From NCBI GenBank assembly GCA_030390025.1, contig CM059431.1, positions 127,350,001 through 127,414,000 on the forward strand: a stretch of 64,000 nucleotides of DNA, written 5' to 3'. Of this stretch, positions 62,242-64,000 are shown piece by piece; position 1 is the first letter of the stretch; every line of letters begins with the position of its first letter. The stretch comes from Squalus acanthias (taxonomy: Eukaryota). The position numbers were made by a program, and so were the translations under genes. The notes under the pieces were generated by a model. That model ran no database searches and was not told the DNA's origin. It saw only the letters and a program-made list of their open reading frames with translations.

Positions 62242-64000
62242 GACTTTTAGCAAGTGTTGTAGTTTGAAGCATCTCAAAAATAATAAGGGAGATTTTTTAC
62301 TTGCCAGAACACTCCCTAATACCAAATGACCTTGAAATACCTAAAAAAAAAATCTTGCAGTAGCAGGAAGTAGCACACAACCACTCAAACTTCACAAACC
62401 TGTAAGGTGTGAGCTATTGGTAATGATCCCTTTAAATAGCGTCATTGCAGCCAGCTTCCTGCTGCTGCACGCCATGTCAACCTGTCAATGCTTTCTCCAG
62501 CCGGTAACTTCAATGTCCAAAATGAAGTTGGGAGACCAGGCATCAAGTGAGCATTGCACACTCACTGACGACATGAACTCCGTGATTGCGATGTCCCCGG
62601 TGATCGAGTTTAGCGGCACCACCACCAGCAAGACAGATATGGCATGCGGCGCTGGAACCGCCATCAGCTGGTAGTGGAGTGCTGAAAGGCGTTTTAGCGC
62701 CATCTGGTGGCACTAACGTGTGGCGGTAAACACATGAATTTCTCCCCCCTTGACTTTACATGTACCCGTGGAAGAAATGTGTGAATGGATATTTTAAGGA
62801 TGATATCACAGGCATGATTTTAAAATATGTCTACTCTGCTCTGGCAAACAATTGTTGGAGATATTTTGGCTCTTGTGGTATATAATTCTTGGGAAATCTT
62901 CAGTAAGTAGGATGTTCCATTCAGATGGCTGGTATAAAGGTTTTGTCAAATATGCAAATACACACACTAAACCTCTTCAAATAAAGCTTATTAAAAAGGT
63001 GGGTACACCTGTAAAGTACAGATTTTTGGGTTTTCCTTAATGCATATCAACTTGTCTACAAAGTAAGGCTGAACATGTGTATTTTTTCAGATTTTGACTT
63101 CAGAGAACATAAACTTGGATATTCGAGAAACCGAAACCAAATATTGATCCTAACAGAGGCCTGTGAACCTGCCAGGAAATAGCTGTATTCTCATGACTGA
63201 ACTTTCAAAGAATAAGGACATACGTGAGGTAGATTTTTATCTTTGGCACCTGGATGCAATGCAGAAAAGAGAATTAAATGGGGAGGATCACATGACCTAA
63301 CTGATCCTATCCAGTGTTCCTTCTATTAATTTAAATGCAAAATCAGGCAGACTCTGCTAGGGGCCTAATCTTTCTCTCTGTGTTGTGCCCAGACAATGCT
63401 TTATATCCAGACACTAAAGATGAAAATCTACTCGGTGCCTACCAATATATTAAAAGGGAATATAGATATTATCTGCCAGAGAGCCAAACTAAATGGACAC
63501 ATACTTAACCTTCAGAGTGTCAGGCAGTGGCATTGCTGACAGGAACATTAAGTATCAGAATTACTTTTTTTATGAAACTAAAGTGACATTGATTGATGAG
63601 CCCACAGCTACAGATTATAGCTATTAGGACAGCTATGAAAATGTACTGAAATATAGAAAATGGAACAGCTTTTGAGCGGATAATCATAGCATAACTGTAA
63701 TCTTACAAAAGAATCATGATAGCTATCTGCCATGTTTTTAAAAGGATGAGTGTTTTTGAATCTGAAATAATTCAAATCTAACTAAGTTCAGTGAATAAAC
63801 ATTCTACTTTATCTTTTTGATTTGTCTCAGTCTCCCACTATACAGTGCAGGAAGGTAAAATTCAACTTCAGCAGTGAAGTTTGTAGGTTTTAGAATATAT
63901 TAACATAAAATGGCTAACATACCTTGACATAAAATGGCTGATATAACATGCATTATGAGAAAGGGAAAACTAGGTTAGGTTAGAAATACAGGCAAGAACT

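Larger units (their letters stand above)
56440..62748. mobile_element. Near full-length two-gene Harbinger transposon (decayed)
   Basis: Ends AGGCTAAAAATTCAT / ATGAATTTCTCCCCC with CTT on both flanks. Myb gene on + and transposase on -, convergent. Confidence 0.85.

Noticed and set aside
63091..63228. Candidate exon after TTTTTTCAG
   Set aside because: All three frames contain stops before the donor.

Overview
Vertebrate genomic DNA, most likely from a cartilaginous fish. That call rests on an HE1/V-SINE and many HER1-like CR1 LINEs. I found no host protein-coding exon. Most of the window is transposable-element sequence, often nested: about 10 CR1 copies, six copies of a second CR1-group LINE, many PIF/Harbinger remnants (DDE transposase plus a convergent three-exon Myb/SANT gene) and their MITEs, three long solo LTRs with 4-bp TSDs plus a fragment, an RTE 3' end, a Penelope-type element with a degenerate hammerhead ribozyme core, and SINE remnants. 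The most striking observation concerns the second LINE family. It has no ORF1, starts with a tRNA-like A/B-box head in two independent copies, and its sense strand almost lacks TTTT runs. This suggests an EN-RT-encoding LINE transcribed by RNA polymerase III. All calls were made by eye, with no database search.
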